Shown: positions 45,970 to 55,619, counted from the first letter of the stretch. The stretch is 56,941 bases of DNA from Candidatus Scatosoma sp. (GCA_045611585.1 JAZKXM010000088.1:1-56941), one strand, 5' to 3'. Program-made: numbers and translations. The notes: a model not told the origin generated them from the letters alone.

Positions 45970-48900
45970 ATGAGATACACAACAAGAAAAAAGGCGATCT
46001 TTGGCGGGCTTTTAGGGCTTATATTGGCGTTTGTGGGGGGCATGTACGCGTTTATTGGCTCCTTTGCTAAGTCAAAGCCTACCTACCTTGACGGCGTTTC
46101 CGCTTCGGCAACGTACGATTTTTCCGTGGGAGGCGTAGATAGCGTAGGGACTAATTATACTCTGTACTATGCCAAACTTAATGAAACGGACGTGGCATTG
46201 ACGGATTTTGAAAAAGACGGTGGGTCTAGCGTTGTCCAACTGACAATTCCTGACGTTGTAACGGACGTAACAGATAATAACGTTTACAACGTGACGACCA
46301 TTGGAGAGGGCGTATTCCCGTTCGGCGTAAGAGAGGTTATCCTTGGGGGGAATATTGTTTCTGTACAAAACAGTGCGTTTGCAAATAACACTGATTTGGA
46401 AGCGATTTCGTTTTTGGGGTCCGACCTGTCGTTGGGCGCAAGCGTATTTGAAGGCTGCGCGAATTTGACGAAAATCACGAAGGTAAGCGATTTAACCGTA
46501 AATACCTTACCCGACGGGTTAACGACAATTGGGGCAAGTACTTTTAAAGGATGTAGCAAATTGGCGTCCTTCGTAATCCCTAAAAACGTTGTCGAAATGG
46601 GCGAAAGCGCGTTTGAGGGCTGTGCGTCTTTGGTGGAAATTTCGTTGCCCGACGGCGTGACGACGGTGGAAAAGAATACCTTTAAGGGCTGTACTTCGCT
46701 TGCGGATATTTCTTTAAACAAAGTAACGGAAATTAAAGAAAGCGCGTTTGAGAAAATCGGGGCAAAAATGCTTAAAAAAGCCGATGACTTGCAAAAGATT
46801 GGCGCAAGAGCGTTTGCGAATTCTTCTTTGGTTTTGGTTAGAACGGGCGCAAACTTACAATGGGTAGGTTCTGCGGCGTTTGCCGAATGCGGTTCACTTC
46901 GTTATTTTGATATTGCTTTTGAGCAACCGAACGAAAGCTGGGGCGAAAAGGTATTTGGTAGCAATACGCAAGTTCTGCTTTTGAAGCAGGACACGTTGGA
47001 AGGCTGGGGGGATTGTTATGGCTTGGCTGAAAACGGAGAATGGGTTTCCAGCGAACAATTTGTTGCTTGGGAATTTTCTAATCAGACGGTTCTTGATTTC
47101 CCTGATGATATAGATCAAGTGGTTGGAAAAGATCAAGTTGTTCACGCCCCGAACGGTTTGGGATATAAGTTGTACAACGATAATCATGCGGAAATTGTAG
47201 AAATCAATAAGGAATATTTGGGCGAAGCAAAGGAAATTATCGTCCCCAAAGAAGTTATTTACGATAAAACGGTGTATGCCGTTACGGCGGTGAAAAACGG
47301 CGCGTTTGCAAACGGAACGAATATCCGCTCCGTCGTGCTGGGCGAAAATTTGGCTACGGTGGACGTACGTTCTTTTAACGGGTGCGATTCGTTAAAGGAA
47401 ATTTATCTTCGTTCTTCCGAAACGAAGGTCGTCAACGGGAGTACGAATCTGCAATTTAAAGAAGTTTGGCTGGACAAGGTGGTCGTGTTCGATTTTGGCG
47501 CGACGACGCATGTGGCAAGCCATATTTACGTCAACTATCCCTTGGACGATTACGCATACGATAAACAAGGGATCCATTACTATCTGGACAAAAACGGGTA
47601 TGCGATCGTGGGGGATATCGCCACGGGCGACGATACCAACGCGAATACCTCCAAATACGCGGGTAGCGGGGAATATTCGGGACAGAAGGGTTATGCCGTC
47701 ATTCCCGATTACGTTTCGCTGGGAGGAAAATATTATAAAGTGGTTGGTTTGGGCAGATACGCCTTTTATAACTGCGAATCGCTGATTCATTTGACCTTGG
47801 GCGCGTTTGTCGGGTACGGCTTGGACGGGAATGCGGACGACGTATTGGACGAAAACGGAAACTCGGTGGAAAACGAAAACGCAAAGGTTGCCGACTGCAC
47901 CTTGCGGAACTGTCAGTTCTTGAAGGGCTTTAAGGTGGATATCCGCAACGAGGTGTACGTTGCGTGCGACAACGTATTGCCTGCAAGCAACGTAAATTTT
48001 AGCGAGGGCAGCGTTTTATACGAAAACGGAATTAGCAAAGCTCCCGAAAGCAAGGGTGGCAGGCTGGATTATCCCGTCAAGATTGTCAAGGCGGGGCAGG
48101 ACGTTAGAAAATATACGGGCAACGCCACGGACAGCGTGGTGGAGGCGTACGATTCGGTAACGACGGTGGAAAATTACGCCTTTGCAAACTGTGCGTATTT
48201 GACGGAGTTCGATTTTTCAAGAATCACGGACATCATTGGCGAACACGCGTTTGAAAACACTGCGTTGACAAAGGTAACGCTTGCCGACGGCGTGACGGTG
48301 AAGGATTATGCGTTTGCCAACAACTATTTCTTGGAAAACGTTACGATTGGTGACGTTACCGCGCTGGGGCGGTTTGCGTTTGTGAACTGCTACGGCGTGA
48401 AGGCGTTTGAATCTTCCAGCGCAAAATATCCCGTTGACGAGGACGGCGCGTTGTACGAGGTATTTGACGGGTACGCGATATTGCTGCAATTCCCTGCGGC
48501 GAATCTGAACCCGAAATTGGACGATAAAGGAAACGACGATCCCAAGGACGATACGTACGTTGTGGATACGTTCATAAAGGGGGACGGCACCGTCCTGCCT
48601 ATTTTGGAAATCGAAGCGTACGCGTTTGCGTATTCTTCCTTGACAAAGGTGGAAATCTATTCCCCGAAGTGGGATCAATTTGCCGCGGCGAAGGGCGTAT
48701 TGGTGGTCGGCAAAGGTGCGTTTGCAAACAGCAGCAAGCTGTTGGATATCCGCATTGGCGCGGGCGTAACTTTGTTGGGCGCGGAGATCGCCGCGCGCAC
48801 AAGCGATAACGAACAGGAATCCGCGTATATCGTTTCGTTTAGAAGCTCTCCCGACAGATCGAAAATGCTGACCTACGAACGGGAAGTGTTTGACGGCTGT

Positions 48901-51900
48901 CACGTTTTGGGCGGTGTAAAGGTGGATGAAGACAATCCCTATTATTTGGCGGATAGCAACGGAATTTTGTATAACAAGGACAAGAGCGTATTGCTGATGT
49001 ATGCGGAAGGGATTACCCGCGTTAGCTATACGGTGCCTGCGTCCGTTGTGAAGATCGGCATTGAAGCGTTTGAAAACAACGTACATATCCAGCGTTTGAC
49101 TTTGCCCGAAGGGATCGAACGGGTAGAGGCGAAGGCGTTTAACGGCTGTACGAAGCTTTCGATGATCTATTTCCGTACGGCAAAAGCGCCCGTTGTCGAA
49201 GAACAGGCGTTTAACAGCACGGGCGCGCTGACAAAGGACGGGCTGACCGTCTATTGTATCCCCGAGGTGGGCGTATGGCTTTCCGAAAAGGAAGGGGTAG
49301 AGTTTAACGACGAGGACGAATCGGCAAAGTGGAATAATATCCGCGTGGAGAAATACGAAGCGATCCAAGAAATCCCTGATCAGGCGCAGCCGACCTCCGA
49401 GTTGTATTTGATTTACGTAGTCGATTCGGATGGGAACTATTTGCCTGGAATGCTGGTCAAATACAGCTATGGTAAGGTGACGACAGTGGAAAAAATGCTG
49501 GTCGTCAACGATCAGGGCTACGCCGTGCTGACCCTGCCTGCGGATAAAGGGCAGTTGATCGACGGGACGAAGATTGGGCTGACCGTCACCGACCCCAACG
49601 GGGTATATTTTGAATTTAAGATGTCCGAATATTATTTGGACTTGGAGATGGGGTATTCCTATCTCACCTTGCGCGCGGTACCGAAGGTGGAAGGGATTGC
49701 CTTTGACGGCAAGGATATCAATACAGGCAAGGTGTCCTTTAACACGGCGGGTATAGAGGATGACGAGGAGGTAGAGCTGGTCGTCAAAGCGACGTGGGAT
49801 AAGGCGGCGGCGTTCCAGTCGATAACCTTATATATGTATATCGACGGCGTTTCCAAGCCGCTTGGCGTGATTGAACACGCGCCCGACGACGGGATCTTTA
49901 TTTTCCCGATCAAAAAGGACCAAGTGGCGGGCTATGCGGCGGGAAGCGTTAAGGAATATTATTATTTCGTACAGCTGCATACGGTATATCCCGATGAGCG
50001 CGGAGATACCTATTTGGATGAAACCTTAAACGTTGATTTGTTCTATTATAATTTTGGCGATACGGACGTATTTATAGGAGAACTGTTCACGGGCGACGAT
50101 ATGGGCTTTGCCGTGGCGGACGACGTGCCTTTGTTTGGCGGCGTAGGCTTCTCCTTTGATATGCAATTCGGGAAAGAAGAACCCGGCGAATCCCCCTTCC
50201 AGTTCCATTATGAAGGGGATAAAATAGTCATTACCGTCGGCTGGGAAACGGATATTGAAAGAGAGCTTTGCGATAATTGCCGCAAGCATATGAAGGACCC
50301 CGACAACCTGCTGTGTAAATATTGCAACGGCGGCAGAGATGAGGACGAGGACGATAGAGAAAAACAATCCTTCTACGATCAGCTGTCCGAAAAAATCGAC
50401 GAGATGGCGGACGAGTTGAAGAACGGTCAGGATTTCTCCTACGGGCATACGATCGGTTTCCAAATTTGCGGCGTTTTAGAGGTGGAAAGAACTACCTTGA
50501 ACGGGCAAAACAGACCGACGCGCGCGGGGATTAAGGGTACCATTCAGTACTCCTTCGAGTGCAGTAAAACCATCGTTTGGTACGTGCCTATCCGCATCGA
50601 ATTTGAATTTTCTGCGGACGCAACGATCGGCGTGATGTTAAAGCTGGACGGCCCCGTTGACCCGACCTTCGATTTTGAATTGAATTTAAGCGCTGAGCTT
50701 CGCGCGGGGTTAGGGTGTTCGATTCTTTCCGTCGGTGTTTACGGCGGCGCGGATTTTAATATGATTATCACTCTGTCCAAGGAATTGAAGAAATTGGACG
50801 GCGTGTTGTCCTTCGACGTCGGGTTCTATTTTAAGATAGACCTTGGCTTGTTCAAATATAAATGGAAAACCTCCTTGGTGGATATCTTCGGTTGGGATAC
50901 CAAGATTAAGTTTGACCACACTTGGGAGGACGCGACCACGCGAAGTGCGCCGTGGCGGGTAGAAAGAGCGAACGGCGAGGTGATGCGGTTTAAATCCATC
51001 GCGTCGATGGCAAGCTACGCTCTGTCGCAGATGGATACCTCCTTTACGACTTCTCCCAACGCGTACAATCAGTATAGCGTGGGTACGCCCGTGATTGTCG
51101 AATATCCTTATACCGAGGGCGGCGTAAGCGGGGTTAAGACCTTCAAATTCTATATTGATAACGTATGGAAGAATACGGAGTACGGCAACCAAATCAATAC
51201 TTTGTACGATGAATACAATTATATGAAGCTGGTATATAGCACGCTGGACAAGACGACGGGCAAATGGTCTGCCTCCGCCCTTGTCAACCCCGATTCGCGC
51301 TTTAACGAATGCGAATTTGACGTTTGTGTAGATGAAAACGGAGTGCATATTCTGTTTACGCAAATGAACGAACGGTTGGACGAAGGCAACGTAGAGGATT
51401 ATGCAGGCAAGCTGGACGTTTATACTTGTTCGTACGTTGGAAAGGCGTCGGGCAGCTTTACGCAGCCTCAAAAGCTTTCGCAAACGGGCTATTATAAGAC
51501 GAATTTGGAAATTTTTGCGGCGGACGGCGTTATGTATGCGGCTTGGACGGAAAACGCGGACAACAACCCGCTGGGGATGTCCAACGACAACCGTTACGAT
51601 GCAGAGCAAGAAAAATATATCGTAAACGAAACGACGGCGAACAGCGTTTTCGTAGCCAAAAAGACGGACGGCGGTTGGGCGCTTATGCAGGCGGGCAATT
51701 TGCATACGGTTGCGGATATCGAGTTTATTTGCGCTCCGTCCGCGGCGCTTGCGGTATTGATCGACCCCGATTGCGACGTGACGACGGTGGCGACGACGGA
51801 AGAGGACGAGGACGGCAACAAGTTTGAGATTGGAAGAAAGCTGTACTTGATCGACCTTTCGGGGAATAGCTTGGTGATGGATACGGAAACTCTCGTCAAA

Positions 51901-54900
51901 AACGGGGAGGGCGCGGCGATTGCGGATATCGTTGCTTTGCGCAACGAAAAGGGCGCATTGTACCTTCGCAACAGCAAGGCGTTGTACCGTTGCGAGGTAT
52001 CTTTTGCTGAAATTACGGCAACCCTCTTTATGGACGAATTGACAAGCGATTACACCTTCGTCTATGACGGCGGCGGCAGTTTGTACGGGATCGGGTACGT
52101 GGTCAGCACGGAAACGACGTCGGATATTGCCATTCGTCTGTACGTTGGCGGCAGCTTTGGTGACCAAGTGCAGCTGACCAACAACGCGGAAGGTAAAACG
52201 GTGGAGGGCTTCGCTTCCTACGCGTGGACGGACGGAGTGTATCTTATCAGCACGGTTTGCACGGAAGGAGAAACCAAGACGTTTGCCGTGACGGATAAAA
52301 AGCTTGAAAAAACGGACGATTTGGTGCTGAAAGGAGTTTCCTGTGATTCTTCCAAGGTGACCACGAATCGCGCGTTTGAGGTGCGGTTTACCGTGTTTAA
52401 CGACTCGTTAAAGGTATTGCGGTCGGTTCTGTTTGAGTTGCTTGGCGACGGGGACGAGGTCGTGTTCAGCCAGCCGCTGACCGAGCTTTCCATTTTGCCC
52501 GGTAAAACGGTAGAGCTGTCTGCAAGCGTTACGCTGACGGAATTTGCTTCCGTTTATCGCGTGCGGGTAACGGAAACGGACGAGGGCTACGCGGATAACG
52601 ATTTGGACAACAACGTCAGCGACGGGTTTAGCCCCGCTATGGCGGATCTTGCGGTCAGCGCGAAATACGTAGAGATCGGCGGGATTAAGTATTTGCTTGT
52701 TATGGTATATAACGAGGGCGAATTGCCCGTTGCGGATTTCACCTTGTACGTTGAAAACGGAATCGTCAGCGGTAACGTGCAGGAACACGATTACTTATAC
52801 GAATTGTACTGTCAGCCCAACGCGGACGCCGAGCAAGAGGCGGACAAGGGCTTGCAACCTAACGAATATAAATATTTCACGATTGAATTGAACAAGGTGT
52901 ATTTCACCGAAGATTACGTCACGGTAACGGTCAAGACGGATACGGAAGAATTTGACGCGGAAAACAACGTGATGTGCTTCTCAATGGTGCAAAACGAAGC
53001 GATTGATCTTGGCGTTAGCTATACGCTTACCTATTGGGTGGATAATAAGATCAGTAAGCAATTCTCCTACAAGGCAGGGGAAACGATTGACACCAGCGTA
53101 ATGGCGAACCAGACGAAGGAAGGACATTCGTTCAGCGGTTGGTTCAACGAAGGGGACAGAATGCCCGCGCACGATTTGAACGTTTACGGCTACTTCACCC
53201 CCAACCGCTATCAGGTGACCTATTACGTGGACGGCAAAATTTGGATGACGGACGAGTTTGAGTACGGAACTCCTATCGCCGTTCGTCCGCCTGACAAGAA
53301 GGAAGGACATTCGTTCAGCGGTTGGAAGCTGGGCAGCGCGGATGGCGAGCTGTTTAGAACGATGGATATGCCCGCGCGCGATTTGGCGGTTTACGGCACG
53401 CATACGGCGAATAGCTATGAAATCAGCTACTACGTCAACGGCGAGCTGTACGATAGACAAAAATATGCGTACGGCGCGCAGATCACTTTGATAGAGTACG
53501 CTGTCGCAAACGGTTATACGTTCAGCGGCTGGAAGGTAACGGAAGGGACGACGATGCCCGCGTACAATCTCAATTTGTACGCGACGACGCAGTTAAAATC
53601 GTATGCGCTTACCTACGTTGTCAAGACGGGGGACGACCAAGAAACCGTCTTTGAAATGGTTGTTTCGCACGGCGCAGGTCTGCCGAAGTACGATTATAAA
53701 GCGCCCGTTGGCTATACCTTCGGCGGCTGGACGGACGAAAACGGAGTTGCTATCGCGGCAAACGCTACGGTGACGGGCAATATGACTTTGTACGGTGTGA
53801 ACACCGTCAACAATTATACCGTTTCCTATTACGTCGATGAAAAATGCGTACATCAGCAGTCGGTTGCGTACGGCGCGGAAATTCCCGCGTACGAATATAT
53901 GGAGGAGGGCTATACCTTCGACGGCTGGAAGGACCTGCCTGAGGTAATGCCCGCAAACAATATTTCCGTTTACGGCGGCAAAACGCAAATCACCTATTCG
54001 GTGGAATATTTTGTGGACGGGGTCAGCCGATACGTGGATAAATATCCCGCTGGCGCGACGGTCATTTTACGTGACGACGAAGTGAAGGCAGGTTATACGT
54101 TCAGCGGCTGGACGGTCACGGACGGGTCTGGCGCGGCTGTCGATTTCACGCAGACCACAATGCCGAAGGGCAACGTGCGCGCGGTTGGGACGTTCGGTTT
54201 AAACAGCTATACGTTGACCTATTACGTGAATAACGAATGTAAGCGGACGGAAACGTACGTTTACGGCGCGACGGTAAATAAATGGGATTATCAGCCCCCT
54301 GTCGGATACGCATTCAGTGGCTTTGACGGAGTGCCTGAGGAGATGCCCGCGCACGACGTTGCCGTTTACGGAAAGACGGCGGTGGGAACTTATACGGTTT
54401 CTTACTACGTCAACGACAAGCTGGTTTACGAGCAACTTGTACAGTATGATACGCCTATTTCTGCATACGTATATACCCCTGCTGTTGGATATGCGGTAAC
54501 GGAGTGGAGCGGCTTGCCCAAGAAGATGCCCGCGTACGATATCAGCGTCAACGCGACTGAGTCCGTTTGCAGCTATCAGGTGCATTATTACGTGGACGGC
54601 GAGCTGGTGAAAAGCGTAACCTACGCCTACGGCGCGGAAATTGAGGAGTACGAATACGAAGCGGCGACGGGGATACAATTCCTTGGCTTTGACGGAGTAC
54701 CTGAAAAGATGCCTGCCGCGGACGTTTATGCGTATGGCAAGACGGTGACGTTGACCTATCACCTCAATTATTACGTAGAAGGAGTGTTGGTGTACAGCGA
54801 TTTGTACGCATACAACGAAACGATTGTGCTTCGCCAAGGCGTGACGAAGGAGGGGTATTCCTTCGGCGGCTGGAACGAAGGCGACCTTCGCAGAATGCCC

Positions 54901-55449
54901 GCCCGCGACGTTGATCTAAACGCTACGATGACCAAGAAAACCTATAAGATTGATTACTATATCGAAGGCGAAGAAACGCCTAGATACACCGCGCAATACA
55001 CCTTCGGCGACGAGGTGAGCGCGCGCGCAAACGAGGTGAAGGAGGGCTATACGTTCAGCGGCTGGAAGAGCGAACCGTCCATTATGCCCGCTTGCGACGT
55101 GATCGTTTTGGGTGAGTTTACGGTCAACCGTTACGAGGTTTCCTATTACGTCAACGGGACTTTCTATAAGACGGAAACGCTGGAATACGGCGCGAAGGTC
55201 GATTTGGAAGGCTTCGACGGAAAGGATTATAAAGTGGTTGGCTGGACGAAGGACGGCGAGGACGTGGAGGAGCTGACTCTTTCCGTTGGAAACGTTCGTT
55301 TGGACGCGAAGGTAAAGGAAAAAGAAACCCCTATCACGGAGGAAAAATGGTTCTTGATTGCCGTACCCGCAGGCAGCGTGGGGATTGTTAGCGTTTCGGC
55401 ATTTGGGATTATTTTGGCGATTATTAAAAAGAAAATGCGTATGATCTGA
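45970..55449 (+). CDS. giant (3,159 aa) surface protein: BspA-type LRR region, central beta-rich modules, 13 Flg_new-type repeats, C-terminal TM anchor
   Basis: Uninterrupted ORF with RBS AAAGGAGAAAG. N-terminal signal/anchor (FGGLLGLILAFVGGMYAFIGSFA). LRR_5-like units (..I...AF..C..L..I.IP..V..IG..AF..). C-terminal WFLIAVPAGSVGIVSVSAFGIILAIIKKKMRMI. Confidence 0.9.
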   Translation: MRYTTRKKAIFGGLLGLILAFVGGMYAFIGSFAKSKPTYLDGVSASATYDFSVGGVDSVGTNYTLYYAKLNETDVALTDFEKDGGSSVVQLTIPDVVTDVTDNNVYNVTTIGEGVFPFGVREVILGGNIVSVQNSAFANNTDLEAISFLGSDLSLGASVFEGCANLTKITKVSDLTVNTLPDGLTTIGASTFKGCSKLASFVIPKNVVEMGESAFEGCASLVEISLPDGVTTVEKNTFKGCTSLADISLNKVTEIKESAFEKIGAKMLKKADDLQKIGARAFANSSLVLVRTGANLQWVGSAAFAECGSLRYFDIAFEQPNESWGEKVFGSNTQVLLLKQDTLEGWGDCYGLAENGEWVSSEQFVAWEFSNQTVLDFPDDIDQVVGKDQVVHAPNGLGYKLYNDNHAEIVEINKEYLGEAKEIIVPKEVIYDKTVYAVTAVKNGAFANGTNIRSVVLGENLATVDVRSFNGCDSLKEIYLRSSETKVVNGSTNLQFKEVWLDKVVVFDFGATTHVASHIYVNYPLDDYAYDKQGIHYYLDKNGYAIVGDIATGDDTNANTSKYAGSGEYSGQKGYAVIPDYVSLGGKYYKVVGLGRYAFYNCESLIHLTLGAFVGYGLDGNADDVLDENGNSVENENAKVADCTLRNCQFLKGFKVDIRNEVYVACDNVLPASNVNFSEGSVLYENGISKAPESKGGRLDYPVKIVKAGQDVRKYTGNATDSVVEAYDSVTTVENYAFANCAYLTEFDFSRITDIIGEHAFENTALTKVTLADGVTVKDYAFANNYFLENVTIGDVTALGRFAFVNCYGVKAFESSSAKYPVDEDGALYEVFDGYAILLQFPAANLNPKLDDKGNDDPKDDTYVVDTFIKGDGTVLPILEIEAYAFAYSSLTKVEIYSPKWDQFAAAKGVLVVGKGAFANSSKLLDIRIGAGVTLLGAEIAARTSDNEQESAYIVSFRSSPDRSKMLTYEREVFDGCHVLGGVKVDEDNPYYLADSNGILYNKDKSVLLMYAEGITRVSYTVPASVVKIGIEAFENNVHIQRLTLPEGIERVEAKAFNGCTKLSMIYFRTAKAPVVEEQAFNSTGALTKDGLTVYCIPEVGVWLSEKEGVEFNDEDESAKWNNIRVEKYEAIQEIPDQAQPTSELYLIYVVDSDGNYLPGMLVKYSYGKVTTVEKMLVVNDQGYAVLTLPADKGQLIDGTKIGLTVTDPNGVYFEFKMSEYYLDLEMGYSYLTLRAVPKVEGIAFDGKDINTGKVSFNTAGIEDDEEVELVVKATWDKAAAFQSITLYMYIDGVSKPLGVIEHAPDDGIFIFPIKKDQVAGYAAGSVKEYYYFVQLHTVYPDERGDTYLDETLNVDLFYYNFGDTDVFIGELFTGDDMGFAVADDVPLFGGVGFSFDMQFGKEEPGESPFQFHYEGDKIVITVGWETDIERELCDNCRKHMKDPDNLLCKYCNGGRDEDEDDREKQSFYDQLSEKIDEMADELKNGQDFSYGHTIGFQICGVLEVERTTLNGQNRPTRAGIKGTIQYSFECSKTIVWYVPIRIEFEFSADATIGVMLKLDGPVDPTFDFELNLSAELRAGLGCSILSVGVYGGADFNMIITLSKELKKLDGVLSFDVGFYFKIDLGLFKYKWKTSLVDIFGWDTKIKFDHTWEDATTRSAPWRVERANGEVMRFKSIASMASYALSQMDTSFTTSPNAYNQYSVGTPVIVEYPYTEGGVSGVKTFKFYIDNVWKNTEYGNQINTLYDEYNYMKLVYSTLDKTTGKWSASALVNPDSRFNECEFDVCVDENGVHILFTQMNERLDEGNVEDYAGKLDVYTCSYVGKASGSFTQPQKLSQTGYYKTNLEIFAADGVMYAAWTENADNNPLGMSNDNRYDAEQEKYIVNETTANSVFVAKKTDGGWALMQAGNLHTVADIEFICAPSAALAVLIDPDCDVTTVATTEEDEDGNKFEIGRKLYLIDLSGNSLVMDTETLVKNGEGAAIADIVALRNEKGALYLRNSKALYRCEVSFAEITATLFMDELTSDYTFVYDGGGSLYGIGYVVSTETTSDIAIRLYVGGSFGDQVQLTNNAEGKTVEGFASYAWTDGVYLISTVCTEGETKTFAVTDKKLEKTDDLVLKGVSCDSSKVTTNRAFEVRFTVFNDSLKVLRSVLFELLGDGDEVVFSQPLTELSILPGKTVELSASVTLTEFASVYRVRVTETDEGYADNDLDNNVSDGFSPAMADLAVSAKYVEIGGIKYLLVMVYNEGELPVADFTLYVENGIVSGNVQEHDYLYELYCQPNADAEQEADKGLQPNEYKYFTIELNKVYFTEDYVTVTVKTDTEEFDAENNVMCFSMVQNEAIDLGVSYTLTYWVDNKISKQFSYKAGETIDTSVMANQTKEGHSFSGWFNEGDRMPAHDLNVYGYFTPNRYQVTYYVDGKIWMTDEFEYGTPIAVRPPDKKEGHSFSGWKLGSADGELFRTMDMPARDLAVYGTHTANSYEISYYVNGELYDRQKYAYGAQITLIEYAVANGYTFSGWKVTEGTTMPAYNLNLYATTQLKSYALTYVVKTGDDQETVFEMVVSHGAGLPKYDYKAPVGYTFGGWTDENGVAIAANATVTGNMTLYGVNTVNNYTVSYYVDEKCVHQQSVAYGAEIPAYEYMEEGYTFDGWKDLPEVMPANNISVYGGKTQITYSVEYFVDGVSRYVDKYPAGATVILRDDEVKAGYTFSGWTVTDGSGAAVDFTQTTMPKGNVRAVGTFGLNSYTLTYYVNNECKRTETYVYGATVNKWDYQPPVGYAFSGFDGVPEEMPAHDVAVYGKTAVGTYTVSYYVNDKLVYEQLVQYDTPISAYVYTPAVGYAVTEWSGLPKKMPAYDISVNATESVCSYQVHYYVDGELVKSVTYAYGAEIEEYEYEAATGIQFLGFDGVPEKMPAADVYAYGKTVTLTYHLNYYVEGVLVYSDLYAYNETIVLRQGVTKEGYSFGGWNEGDLRRMPARDVDLNATMTKKTYKIDYYIEGEETPRYTAQYTFGDEVSARANEVKEGYTFSGWKSEPSIMPACDVIVLGEFTVNRYEVSYYVNGTFYKTETLEYGAKVDLEGFDGKDYKVVGWTKDGEDVEELTLSVGNVRLDAKVKEKETPITEEKWFLIAVPAGSVGIVSVSAFGIILAIIKKKMRMI
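46230..49220 (+). repeat. BspA-type leucine-rich repeat (LRR_5-like) region (protein-level repeats)
   Basis: Many ~23-25-aa units with the pattern ..L..V.IP..VT.IG..AF..C..L... For example, GASTFKGCSKLASFVIPKNVVEMGESAFEGCASLVEISLPDGVTTVEKNTFKGCTSL. Confidence 0.75.
53017..55310 (+). repeat. 13 tandem ~61-70-aa Flg_new-type repeats (Y.V.YYVDG...Y.YGA.I....GY.FSGW....MPA.D..VYG)
   Basis: Counted from recurring GY.F.GW plus MPA.D motifs in the translation. Short identical DNA seeds are shared between copies. Confidence 0.8.
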
Positions 55450-55481
55450 TAGGTTGTACGAGGCAAGCTTACAATGAAAAA

Positions 55482-55528
55482 CCGTTGCCGACGGAAAGGC
55501 GAAAAAAACCTTGTCCGTTTGGCAACGG
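55482..55528 (+). terminator. possible weak terminator / structured 3' end after the giant genes
   Basis: CCGTTGCC (55482-55489) / GGCAACGG (55521-55528) enclosing an inner ACGGA/TCCGT hairpin. No clean U tract. Confidence 0.3.
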
Positions 55529-55619
55529 GAATAATTTGCACGGGGCAGGTATGCGTTGAACGGAGCTTTTACCGTGCAAAAAGGTGTAAAAAGTTGGTAT
55601 CGTTAAGAAGGCAGAACTT

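Noticed and set aside
48217-49368. 383-aa and 485-aa (50710-52167) minus-strand ORFs inside giant gene 2
   Set aside because: Same reasoning. They are antisense to a 9.5-kb open frame with recognisable LRR and Flg_new repeats, and they lack an RBS or motifs.
20180-55449. Prophage, ICE or transposon interpretation of the 35-kb block
   Set aside because: No integrase, recombinase, transposase, phage structural or conjugation genes are present. There is no flanking tRNA or obvious terminal repeats.
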